DNA of 64,000 nucleotides from an uncultured Gammaproteobacteria bacterium (GTDB lineage Bacteria; Patescibacteriota; Patescibacteriia; Magasanikbacterales; GWA2-37-8): NCBI GenBank assembly GCA_964465205.1, contig CAYXJO010000001.1, positions 5,099 to 69,098 of the forward strand, read 5' to 3'. Shown piece by piece: positions 28,926 to 37,929 of this stretch (position 1 is its first letter; each line of letters starts with the position of its first letter). The notes under the pieces were generated by a model. It saw only the letters and a program-made list of their open reading frames with translations, ran no database searches and was not told where the DNA came from. The position numbers and the translations under genes were made by a program.

Positions 28926-29981
28926 TTACCAATTCAGATCTGGATCTGCCAGATTGAGATTGTGGCCGATTTCACGTAAAAATGGCACGAGTTCGGCGAG
29001 TTCGAGCTCCATGAATGTTTTCTCGGGGTTCAAACTACTGGCTAGAGTGATAATGTCGTGGTCGGTGAGCAGAGCGAATACGAGTGCTGGGTTACAGCCG
29101 TCCAATATTGGTGAACGAGCGAGTAATCCGTCATACACACAGTCGAGCATGGCGATGTTCTGGAAGTTCATCTTTTCATAGAGTTGGAACATGTTGGCGC
29201 GAATTTGAGAGAACAGCGCAGCGGTATTTGACTGTTCAAAGTGGATTGCGCCATCTTTGTATTCGGCTGTTTCTTGTACTACTGCTGTTAGACAGCGACG
29301 TGTACGCTCGCGTTGGTTGGGCCCAAGCGCTGTTATGTTGCCCGCCAATACCGGATAGTCGCTTTCGTTCAGTCCGCCGCGTAGAGGCCAAAACAGATCG
29401 TTGTAATCGCTTAGGGTGTAGGCGATTTTGTCGGCGAGCATGGCGACGGCGTATTCTGGCGGCGTTTCTGATGATATCGCCATTGCACCACCTCCGCGTG
29501 AATGCAGGCGAATCCCTTCAAGCGTTTGGTGGGTCAGATTGAGTCCAAGCCCGCCCCGTTCAATGTGTTGAGCTAAAATTACACTCATCACATCATGACG
29601 GAAAATAGCGTTGATCTTTTTGGCCAGCCATCTTTCACCCACATGGCCCATTGACACATGCCCGATATCGTGCCCGAGCGCGATGGCAGCGCACAAGTGG
29701 ACATTGAGTCCAAGCATCTGTGCCAGCACTACTGCATTGGCCACCACTTCGTCAGTATGCACGCGTCGATTACGAATATGACGGTTTAGGCGGCCAGTCA
29801 TGACTTGTGTTTTGTCTTGTAGGCGTCGCAGTGCCTTACAGTTGAGCAGGCTAATGAAGTCAGTTGCAAACGGCGAAACCTGCGGACCAAAACTGCATTC
29901 ATGGTCAATGTCGGAGTGTCGTCGGTATGCCCGGCTGTCAGCGGTAGCGACCAGGGCAAATTGTTTGGCAGTCCCAGTCAT
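28926..29981 (-). CDS. HD-domain dNTP triphosphohydrolase (dGTPase-like)
   Basis: HD motif region RRVHTDEVVANAVVLAQ...LGHDIGHVSMGH. Length and order of the metal-binding His/Asp residues are consistent with Dgt-like dNTPases. Confidence 0.7.
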   Translation of the reverse strand: MTGTAKQFALVATADSRAYRRHSDIDHECSFGPQVSPFATDFISLLNCKALRRLQDKTQVMTGRLNRHIRNRRVHTDEVVANAVVLAQMLGLNVHLCAAIALGHDIGHVSMGHVGERWLAKKINAIFRHDVMSVILAQHIERGGLGLNLTHQTLEGIRLHSRGGGAMAISSETPPEYAVAMLADKIAYTLSDYNDLFWPLRGGLNESDYPVLAGNITALGPNQRERTRRCLTAVVQETAEYKDGAIHFEQSNTAALFSQIRANMFQLYEKMNFQNIAMLDCVYDGLLARSPILDGCNPALVFALLTDHDIITLASSLNPEKTFMELELAELVPFLREIGHNLNLADPDLNW

Positions 29982-30277
29982 ATTACACCTCCTATGGTAG
30001 AGTTGGTAAGGAGCTTTTTCTTCTTGGGTAGGTTACTAATTATCATTCTAAAAGTCAATGATAAAAAATTCCCCACCAAGCCGGCTTGACACCGGTGTTG
30101 TCTTCGGGTATAATTTTTGGCACCTAATACCTAAAAACCCAAGCACGTTATTTTGGCTAAGTTTACAGTAAATCTCTAATGTTAGCCAAAAATTACTATT
30201 TTTATCACACTTCATGGCCATTGTTGGTAAAAGACCCTGATATCTATTGGGATCTCGGGGTTTTTAAAACCAACCAC

Positions 30278-30850
30278 ATGAAGATTAAAAACATTAAAGG
30301 TGAAAGAATAAAGTTGCGCCCTTTTCGGTCAGCCGACGCCGCTACGTTTGCGCGTTGGTTCAAAGATCCGGAAGTAGTACGGTATTTAGACCGATCGATT
30401 TGGCGTGAAAAAGTAGATTCATTAAAAAAAGAAATTCGCGAGTTTGCTCAACCGGATAACAATAAGTTGCGTTGGGCGATTGAGAATACGGAAGGTCGAC
30501 TGATTGGAAGGGTGGGAGTGAACTGGGATAAATATAATCGTATCGCTACGTTGGTAATTATGATCGGCGAGAAAGATGAATGGGGCAAGGGTTACGCCAC
30601 CGAGGCTATTATATTGGTGGGCAAGTATGTGTTTAACAAACTGAAAGCACATCGGTGGGATTTGTTGGTTTCTGAGAAAAATAAACCAGCTCTGCGCATT
30701 TATCGTCGAATCGGATTTAAAAAAGAGGGGCAACAACGCGAGGCGGAATGGGATTGGCTCAATAAGCGATCCAAAGAAAAATATAATAATGTCGTTTACA
30801 TGAGCATGCTCGAAAAAGAGTGGTTCAAACACTACGGCGAGGATGAGTAA
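30278..30850 (+). CDS. GNAT family acetyltransferase (RimJ/RimL-like)
   Basis: Motif RLIGRVGVNWDKYNRIATLVIMIGEKDEWGKGYATEAI. Start taken at the internal ATG (MKIKNIKGERIKLRPF). Confidence 0.7.
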   Translation: MKIKNIKGERIKLRPFRSADAATFARWFKDPEVVRYLDRSIWREKVDSLKKEIREFAQPDNNKLRWAIENTEGRLIGRVGVNWDKYNRIATLVIMIGEKDEWGKGYATEAIILVGKYVFNKLKAHRWDLLVSEKNKPALRIYRRIGFKKEGQQREAEWDWLNKRSKEKYNNVVYMSMLEKEWFKHYGEDE

Positions 30851-31048
30851 TGTGCTATTGACATTACGGACATAAAGAATTATTATAAATATAATCAACG
30901 ATTGGAATATCTACCAAGTATTCTCGTAGCGATCCCGGTGTTGCCGGGACTAAGTTGATGAAATGAAGTGAAATATTCGGGTGGAACCGTCTTAAATAAT
31001 ATTTAGGACCCCGATACCTATTAGGTATTGGGGTTTTTGTTTACTATT

Positions 31049-31657
31049 ATGAATAAATTATTAGTAGCTACGCATAATATTGCCAAATTGGATTATTTTC
31101 GAAAGTTATTATCCGAACTGGATTTGGAATTGGTATCGCTGGGAGATGTGGCGATTCAATCAGTAGCGCCAGAAGATGGTAATAATGAAGAGGAAAACGC
31201 GTTGCAAAAAGCGAGATTCTATTGTAAGCAAAGCGGTGTGGTGACACTATCGGATGATGCCGGCATGTATATTGATGCACTCGGCGGCGAGCCGGGAGTA
31301 CAAGTGCGCCGGTGGAATGGCAAATTTCCGGATGATATTAGTGATGAGCAGTGGCTGGAACATTTTATGGCGCTCATGCAAGATGTGCCGCTACCAAAAC
31401 GTACTGGACATTTCAAAATTGCGCGCGCCATAGTCGCACCGAACGGACAAGAACATATTTTACATTGGCGGCGAGAGTTTATTGTGAACGAACAACCGAA
31501 CTGGGAAAACTTTGAACCCGGTTGGCCGATGAGTACAGTGTATATTGAAAAGGCTTTTGGCAAGCCGTGGACCAAAATGGATTGGTCGGAGCGGTTCCAT
31601 TACGAAACAGAGAATATAAATAAATTTAAGGAGATCTTTTCTAAAATATATGAATAA
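31049..31657 (+). CDS. RdgB/Ham1-family non-canonical purine NTP pyrophosphatase (divergent)
   Basis: N-terminal LLVATHNIAKL and SDDAGMYIDALGGEPGV resemble the ITPase motifs ATGNxGK and DDSGL. Confidence 0.55.
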   Translation: MNKLLVATHNIAKLDYFRKLLSELDLELVSLGDVAIQSVAPEDGNNEEENALQKARFYCKQSGVVTLSDDAGMYIDALGGEPGVQVRRWNGKFPDDISDEQWLEHFMALMQDVPLPKRTGHFKIARAIVAPNGQEHILHWRREFIVNEQPNWENFEPGWPMSTVYIEKAFGKPWTKMDWSERFHYETENINKFKEIFSKIYE

Positions 31658-32195
31658 AGTAATTTTGCACGGTCCGCGTTTGACCTTGCGGCCGGTAAGT
31701 ATAAAAGACGCACCCGCTTTTTGTCGGTGGTTCCGCGACCGGCGCGTAAAAAAATATTTAAAAAATCAAGGTGAATTCACTTTGGCTGCGGAGAAAAAAT
31801 ATTTGCGCGTTACAGTGAAAGAAAAAAATTTGATTTTTCTTTCGGTAGTGAATGAGAATGGAAGGCTGATTGGCAATACTCGTATCACAGTGTGTCCCCA
31901 GCACAAACGAGCGGAATTCGGCATTATCATCGGAGAAAAAGACGAGTGGGGTAAGGGGTATGCGGGTGAGGTGATCAGACTGTGGCAGACGTACGTGTTT
32001 GACAAGTTGAAATACGAACGATTTGAACTTACAGTGTTTATGGCCAATAGTCAGGCTTTGCGCGCTTATACCAAAGCCGGATTTACACTAGAAGGCGTAC
32101 GGCGAAAGTATATGTATAATCAGATTACCAAAAAATTCGAACACGATGGAGTAATGAGTATGTTAAAAGAGGAGTGGAAAAAATTAAAAAAATAA
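31650..32195 (+). CDS. GNAT family acetyltransferase (RimL-like)
   Basis: Paralog-like of the 30278 gene (LRPVSIKDAPAFCRWFRD..., IIIGEKDEWGKGYAGEVI). Confidence 0.7.
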   Translation: MNKVILHGPRLTLRPVSIKDAPAFCRWFRDRRVKKYLKNQGEFTLAAEKKYLRVTVKEKNLIFLSVVNENGRLIGNTRITVCPQHKRAEFGIIIGEKDEWGKGYAGEVIRLWQTYVFDKLKYERFELTVFMANSQALRAYTKAGFTLEGVRRKYMYNQITKKFEHDGVMSMLKEEWKKLKK

Positions 32196-32220
32196 ATTAT
32201 AAGCATCCGATTTCTTTTGA

Positions 32221-32269
32221 GCGGGTTTGGACCCGCAGGTCCACCTCGAGCCCTCGCGGGCGAGAAAAG
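32221..32269 (+). repeat. Conserved GC-rich element family B (GCGGGTTTGGACCCGCAGGTCCACCTCGAGCCCTCGCGGGCGAGAAAAG) forming the thrS 5' leader
   Basis: About 80% identical copy at 63601-63648, containing the hairpin GCCC-TCGC-GGGC. Confidence 0.55.
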
Positions 32270-32277
32270 CGAAAAAG

Positions 32278-34104
32278 ATGTCGGATGCGCTAAAAAAATT
32301 TTATATGTCCAATGATAAACTAGAAATCATGCGCCATAGTTGTGCGCATCTGGTAGCCGCGGCCGTACAAAAATTATACCCGAGCGCCAAATTTGGCGTA
32401 GGGCCGGTAGTGGAAAATGGTTTTTATTATGATATCGACTTCGGACAAAATATTTCCGAGGGCGATTTGAAAAAAATCGAAAACGTAGCGAATAATTTAA
32501 AGGGTGAAAAAGTAAAATTTATTCGAGTGGAAATGGATATCGACGAGGCGATCGAAAAATTTGCCGGTTTGGGGCAAGTGTACAAAGTGGAACTGCTCAA
32601 AGATTTGAAGGCCAAGGGGACGACCAAAGTTAATGACGCCGATATGCAGGATCTCGCAGGAGTTGTGGATAAAGTTTCGCTTTATGAGACTGGAGCATTC
32701 GTAGATCTGTGTCGCGGTCCTCATGTAGAGAGCGCAGATGAGATCGGTGTATTCAAACTCATCAAATTGGCCGGTGCTTATTGGCGTGGCAAAAGTGAAA
32801 ATCCGCAATTACAAAGAATTTATGGCGTATGTTTTGAATCTCAAAAAGATTTGGATGAATATTTAGAAATGATGCGTTTGGCAGAAGAGCGTGATCATCG
32901 CAAAATCGGGCAAGAACAGGAATTATTTTTCTTTGATGACCGAGTGGGTAAGGGGCTCACGATGTGGCTACCCAACGGCACCATTATTCGCAATGAAGTA
33001 GAAAAGCTGGCGATGGAAGCGGAAGCGGCGGCCGGCTATGTGCGAGTACGCACTCCACATTTGGCCAAAGAAGAAATGTATCTTACTTCTGGTCATCTGC
33101 CGTATTACAAAGATAGCATGTACCCGCCCATGATAATGGATGATGGTACTTATTATATGAAAGCCATGAATTGTCCGCATCATCATACTATTTATAATTT
33201 CAAACCGCATAGCTATCGCGATTTGCCACTACGCATTGCGGAATACGGCGAATGTTATCGCAATGAATTATCCGGCACTTTGGCCGGGTTACTGCGCGTG
33301 CGCTGTTTGGCCATGAATGACGCACATATGTACTGTCGCAAGGATCAAATTAAAGACGAGTTCAAAGGGGTGATGCAACTCACCATGAATTATTTTAAAA
33401 TTTTTGGATTAGAGAATTATTGGTTTAGACTTTCCAAATGGAGTCCGGAGCACTTGGATAAATATGTGAATGAGCCGGAGAATTGGGAATATAGCCAAGG
33501 AGTTATTCGCGAAGTTTTGCAGGAAATGAAAGTGAAGTTTGTCGAAGTGGAGGATGAGGCCGCGTTCTATGGCCCAAAGGTAGATGTGCAATTCAAATCG
33601 GCGATCGGTCGCGAAGAAACCATGTCCACGATTCAGTTGGATTTTGTGGCCAAACAAAGATTCGGACTAAAATATACCGATGATACCGGCGCGGAAAATA
33701 ATGAAGTGTTTGTAATCCACCGCGCACCTTTGTCCACCCATGAACGTTTCACTGCCTTTTTAATAGAGCACTATGGTGGTATTTGGCCGGTATGGCTTGC
33801 CCCGGTGCAGATCAAACTTATTCCAGTATCAAATGAAAAACATGGCGAAGGTGCTTTGAAACTAAAAGCAGAATTGTGTGCATTGGGTGTGCGGGCCGAA
33901 GTAGATAATGCCGATGAGACTTTGGGGAATCGTGTGCGCAAAGCTGTGGGCCAAAAAGTACCATACATTATAGCAGTTGGTGACAAAGAATTATCAGGCG
34001 AAGAATGGATGATCCGTATTCGCGGGGTAGAGAAACAAGAAAAGATGAGTAAAGAAAAATTTGTCGAGCGTATACTAATTGAAATTAAAGAACGCAAAAG
34101 CTAA
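32278..34104 (+). CDS. thrS: Threonine--tRNA ligase
   Basis: TGS/second-additional domain motifs (RHSCAHLVAAA), class II aaRS motifs 1-3 (FRLSKWSPE..., GVIHRAPLSTHERF), and C-terminal anticodon-binding domain. Confidence 0.9.
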   Translation: MSDALKKFYMSNDKLEIMRHSCAHLVAAAVQKLYPSAKFGVGPVVENGFYYDIDFGQNISEGDLKKIENVANNLKGEKVKFIRVEMDIDEAIEKFAGLGQVYKVELLKDLKAKGTTKVNDADMQDLAGVVDKVSLYETGAFVDLCRGPHVESADEIGVFKLIKLAGAYWRGKSENPQLQRIYGVCFESQKDLDEYLEMMRLAEERDHRKIGQEQELFFFDDRVGKGLTMWLPNGTIIRNEVEKLAMEAEAAAGYVRVRTPHLAKEEMYLTSGHLPYYKDSMYPPMIMDDGTYYMKAMNCPHHHTIYNFKPHSYRDLPLRIAEYGECYRNELSGTLAGLLRVRCLAMNDAHMYCRKDQIKDEFKGVMQLTMNYFKIFGLENYWFRLSKWSPEHLDKYVNEPENWEYSQGVIREVLQEMKVKFVEVEDEAAFYGPKVDVQFKSAIGREETMSTIQLDFVAKQRFGLKYTDDTGAENNEVFVIHRAPLSTHERFTAFLIEHYGGIWPVWLAPVQIKLIPVSNEKHGEGALKLKAELCALGVRAEVDNADETLGNRVRKAVGQKVPYIIAVGDKELSGEEWMIRIRGVEKQEKMSKEKFVERILIEIKERKS

Positions 34105-34110
34105 GATTTT

Positions 34111-34207
34111 AAAAATACGGCATACATATTTGAGTGCCCAGCTCGCCCGAATATCAATTTTGATTATTGTGGGCTCATAAGGCACTAAAATATGTATGCC
34201 GTATTTT
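34111..34207. repeat. REP-like palindromic element, family A diverged copy 3
   Basis: AAAAATACGGCATACATATTTGAGTGCCCAGCTCGCCC...GGCACTAAAATATGTATGCCGTATTTTT; same architecture as copies 1 and 2. Confidence 0.5.
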
Positions 34208-34229
34208 TGTTATTCTTTTGTGGAAAATA

Positions 34230-34450
34230 AAAAATGAGCTACGCACTTTGCCAGAGTGGGTAGCTCGTAAGATGGCGATGGGCCTAGTCTCACGACTATG
34301 TTTGCCGCCAAAGGTAGGTCGTGTTGCGCCGTTCGCGCGAAATACTGACCACTGGTCGTTCTCGGCGCAACTAGAACGCGGCGTCTGTGGGGTTGTACAG
34401 AGAATAGCGAGGCCAGGTTGTTGACAGTAGCCTGGCTGCTTGGGGTGGGT
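34230..34450. ncRNA. Candidate structured non-coding region in a convergent intergenic gap
   Basis: Mid/high-GC stretch with several perfect stems (GAGCTAC/GTAGCTC, GTTGCGCC/GGCGCAAC, GACCA/TGGTC, GCCAGG/CCTGGC) in an otherwise AT-rich genome. The only ORF here is an implausible 85-aa Cys/Arg-rich frame. Confidence 0.25.
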
Positions 34451-34454
34451 TAGT

Positions 34455-34838
34455 CTAGCCTATGGCGATCACCACGTGGGCGATCAGCATCAGTGGCCAT
34501 AGGGTTTCCATCAGCAACGACGACCGTTGCTGCGGATCCATCTCATCGCCATTCCAGCTCAACCAGAGCTGGTAATCGCCAATGAGAAACGGGTGTCGTT
34601 TCTTTATGGTCTGGCCAAATATTTCATTTTTGGCTTGTACGAATGGCACTGTTGCGCCGTTGCAGTCGTAATTTTTCGAGCACAGCGCGGCCCAGTCGAC
34701 CGCGGAGAACTCTGCAAAGTTTGCCCGGATGTCACTGTTGAGGGTGGTCTCATACCACCCCACGATCATGCCGATAATGATGTACATTACCGCTCCGATG
34801 GCCAGCCATACTTTAGTTTCGGCGGACATGTTGATCAT
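34455..34838 (-). CDS. Hypothetical small membrane protein
   Basis: 127 aa with N- and C-terminal hydrophobic helices. Confidence 0.5.
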   Translation of the reverse strand: MINMSAETKVWLAIGAVMYIIIGMIVGWYETTLNSDIRANFAEFSAVDWAALCSKNYDCNGATVPFVQAKNEIFGQTIKKRHPFLIGDYQLWLSWNGDEMDPQQRSSLLMETLWPLMLIAHVVIAIG

Positions 34839-35014
34839 ATTGATCCTCCAGTCACAAGGGTTTTGAATGTGCGAGCTGGGTCATTGCCAGCTTTCTCTCG
34901 TTTTAATCACCGTCTGAACACAGTGGCTAAAAGCAGAAAAAGTTGGCACGACAACATTACAGTATACCACATTTTGGCAACTTTGTCAAGGGTTTTGAGT
35001 GCATTTTGGCTAAT

Positions 35015-36094
35015 TTAGGCCAATTCCCAGTTAGGGTTAGCCGAGATTTCGCCCCAAGAAGCATAATTTTTATTGATGGCGTTATAATATCCAGCCACAG
35101 CGATCATGGCGGCATTGTCCATGCAATATTTGGTAGATGGAGTAAGAAATTGAGTGTCAGGGAATTTACTGTGCACTGTCGTCGCCAAAGTTTCGCGTAA
35201 TTTTTTGTTGGCAGCTACGCCGCCCGCCAGAATAATTGTTTTTGGGTTGAATTCTTTGGCGGCGCGGGTAGTCTTCTCTACCAAAACATCTACAATCGCT
35301 TGTTCAAGTGATGCGCAAAAATCAGCCACGGTAGGCGCTTCGGCAGTTTGTCCAAAAATTCCGGCTGGCAACTCGTAGGGAGTAATATGCGCCGCGGACA
35401 ATTTATTTTTTTGTAGCCAATAAAGCGTGGCGGTTTTGAGCCCGGAAAAACTAAAATTATAATTATTGTCTTTGAGCATCGGTCGCGGAAATTCAATCGC
35501 GTCGGTCTTGCCGGTTTGTGCCAATATGGAAATTTTGGGTCCCCCCGGATAGGGTAGGCCGAGGAGCTTCGCGACTTTGTCAAAACATTCGCCAGCCGCA
35601 TCATCTAGTGTCGCGCCGATTTTTTTGTATTGTCCTTGAGATTCGATGAGGATAATTTCCGTATGGCCACCACTGACAATTAGGGCTAGCGCCGGATAAG
35701 TAATTTGCGCGCGTTGTTCTTCGTGGCTTTCATTTATCTCCGTAGCATAAATATGCCCTTCGATATGATTGACCGATACAAGTGGAATATTCCACGCGTA
35801 GGATAGTGTGCGGGCGGCTTCGACGCCGACCAAGAGTCCGGTGACAAGCCCGGGGCCGGAAGTCGCCGCGATTACGTCTGGGCGAGGTTGGTTTTTTAAA
35901 ATTTCTTCTATTAGCGGGGTGATTTTTTCGGCATGCATGCGACCGGCGATTTCTGGTACGACGCCACCGTATTTTTTGTGAATTTCAATTTGGCTGGCGG
36001 TAAAATCACGGATAACAAAACAGCCCTGGTCGGAGCAGTCGAGCAGGGCGACGGAAGTATCGTCGCATGAACTTTCAATTCCTAGTATAAGCAT
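35015..36094 (-). CDS. tsaD: tRNA N6-adenosine threonylcarbamoyltransferase TsaD (Kae1/Gcp family)
   Basis: N-terminal MLILGIESSCDDTSVAL. Metal-binding HxxxH context (HIEGH), and GVAAN near the C-terminus. Confidence 0.9.
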   Translation of the reverse strand: MLILGIESSCDDTSVALLDCSDQGCFVIRDFTASQIEIHKKYGGVVPEIAGRMHAEKITPLIEEILKNQPRPDVIAATSGPGLVTGLLVGVEAARTLSYAWNIPLVSVNHIEGHIYATEINESHEEQRAQITYPALALIVSGGHTEIILIESQGQYKKIGATLDDAAGECFDKVAKLLGLPYPGGPKISILAQTGKTDAIEFPRPMLKDNNYNFSFSGLKTATLYWLQKNKLSAAHITPYELPAGIFGQTAEAPTVADFCASLEQAIVDVLVEKTTRAAKEFNPKTIILAGGVAANKKLRETLATTVHSKFPDTQFLTPSTKYCMDNAAMIAVAGYYNAINKNYASWGEISANPNWELA

Positions 36095-36193
36095 ATTAGT
36101 AGCACGAGTGAGCCCCGGTGGCGGAAGGCAGGCCGTGTAGCGGCCGTCGGAAACCGCCGGTGTCCGAAGCTGGGAGTCGGGGCGACCGAATAG

Positions 36194-36267
36194 TGTCAGG
36201 GGGGAGGCTTGAACTCCCGACCTCCGGGTTATGAATCCAGTGCTCTAGCCAGCTGAGCTACCCTGAC
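36194..36267 (-). tRNA. tRNA with CAT anticodon (Met or lysidine-modified Ile2)
   Basis: Hand-folded. Acceptor GTCAGGG/CCCTGAC, D-arm GCTC-(9 nt)-GAGC, anticodon loop TTCATAA, T-arm GGGAG-TTCAAGC-CTCCC, discriminator A. One A-C mismatch closes the anticodon stem. Confidence 0.6.
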
Positions 36268-36392
36268 GGTGAAATAATTGTAGCGGAAAATTCGTGTTTA
36301 GTCAATAACCTGTATCAGTACCACAGATTTGGCAGGTGTCAAACTGTCCGTAGTGTGCTATAATTTTACCAATTATTATTTTATCAATTTAT

Positions 36393-37013
36393 ATGTGTTT
36401 TTCCGCTACCGCTAGTTTTACCGCCAGTGCCGTTTTGGGCGGAGTGGGTATGATTACCTTGGGTAAAACAAAAAACAAACGCGCGTGGTTGATGTCGGCG
36501 GTGCCGTTGTTGTTTGCTCTACAACAGTTTACCGAAGGACTTTTGTGGCTGTCGTTCGATCGTTGGCCGTCTTATTCACTTGCTCTCACGCACGTATTTT
36601 TGTTTTTTGCATTATTTTTGTGGCCAGTATATACGCCGTGGATGTTTTTTGTTTTGGAGCCGATTAGAATCCGTCGCATTATTATGTTAGTTTTTTGTGT
36701 TGCAGGAGCAGTGGTGGGTATTGTGTTTTACGCCAATTTTTTAGCACAGCCCGAGGCGGCCGGAGTCCTCAATCGCTGTATCTATTACCCAAACAAAATT
36801 TTTCATCCCGATTTGCTGAAATATTTATATATTTTGGTAACAATTGGCTCGGGACTTATTTCCAGTCGGCTGATTGCCAAGATTTTTTGTTTGCTGGTGT
36901 TGGTGGGGTCGCTCGTGACCTATTATTTTTACGCGGTAAATTTTACTTCAGTGTGGTGCTTTTTTGCTGCGACAGTGAGTGTGGTGCTCTTGCTACAGCC
37001 GCAACGCGACTAA
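36393..37013 (+). CDS. Hypothetical polytopic membrane protein
   Basis: 206 aa with five to six hydrophobic helices. Confidence 0.5.
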   Translation: MCFSATASFTASAVLGGVGMITLGKTKNKRAWLMSAVPLLFALQQFTEGLLWLSFDRWPSYSLALTHVFLFFALFLWPVYTPWMFFVLEPIRIRRIIMLVFCVAGAVVGIVFYANFLAQPEAAGVLNRCIYYPNKIFHPDLLKYLYILVTIGSGLISSRLIAKIFCLLVLVGSLVTYYFYAVNFTSVWCFFAATVSVVLLLQPQRD

Positions 37014-37039
37014 ACCATTTTTAGTTTTTTTAATATTAC

Positions 37040-37849
37040 TTACATCCGTAAGCGATAAATTTTTTCGGCCAAATCGAGAATGGACAGATCCACATTCTGT
37101 ATGATCATCTCTTTGGAATTATGTTCCAACTTGGCCAGGGCTCCTGTGATAGGCAGGGTAATCTGTGAATGCCCGACAAGATGATCGGCGGTGCCATTGG
37201 GGAAGTGCATGGTACCAGCCGCGTTGGCATAGACAAAGACAATGTTGTTTTCTATCGCTCTGGTCAGGCACAACGCATCGAGATGTTGTTCTTCGGTTTG
37301 ACTGTTACGTTTTAATCCTTCGCCGGCAATTTCTTTGTACCAATAGCTCGGACAATACACTATCTGTACTCCGAGTGCGTTCATGCGTTGGAATATTTCT
37401 GGGAACATAATATCCCAGCAAATAATTAGTCCGACCTTACCATAGCTGGTGGCAAATACAGACACTTCTGTCCCAGGTGTTAAAAAATGACGTTCGGAAA
37501 GGTATAAATGATTTTTGTGATACTCGCCCAAAATTACGCCGTTGGAATCAATGTAATTTGTGGTGCTTAGCGCGCCTGCTGGTGTTTCTTCCATCCAGGA
37601 ACCGCAAACAATATCTATAGAATATTTTTTGGCCAGTTTTTGAAATTGTTTTTGGAAAGTATGATTTTTGTCCAAATACTTGGTATCACCAAAAATTGAA
37701 CCAGTCATGAAATCTTCGGGGAATATGGCAACGTCGGCGTTCTTTTCTGCCGCTTGTTTGATGTATGATTCGGCATGTTGGAGATTAATTTCTGGTTTGA
37801 GGTGTGTGATAGAGAATTGTATCAGAGCTATTATTAAATTTTTCTTCAT
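37040..37849 (-). CDS. Carbon-nitrogen hydrolase (nitrilase superfamily)
   Basis: Catalytic Glu context DVAIFPEDF, Lys, and Cys in GLIICWDIMFPE. Confidence 0.75.
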   Translation of the reverse strand: MKKNLIIALIQFSITHLKPEINLQHAESYIKQAAEKNADVAIFPEDFMTGSIFGDTKYLDKNHTFQKQFQKLAKKYSIDIVCGSWMEETPAGALSTTNYIDSNGVILGEYHKNHLYLSERHFLTPGTEVSVFATSYGKVGLIICWDIMFPEIFQRMNALGVQIVYCPSYWYKEIAGEGLKRNSQTEEQHLDALCLTRAIENNIVFVYANAAGTMHFPNGTADHLVGHSQITLPITGALAKLEHNSKEMIIQNVDLSILDLAEKIYRLRM

Positions 37850-37929
37850 ATAATTGTGTTTTTCAGTGAATTTATACTATCATAGACCAAAATATATTAA
37901 AAGTTTGGTATTTTGTCTTCTAAGTAAAA

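Noticed and set aside
34167-34424. 85-aa plus-strand ORF (MWAHKALKYV...)
   Set aside because: Cys/Arg/Val-rich, no RBS, and lies in a GC-rich structured intergenic segment. More likely non-coding.
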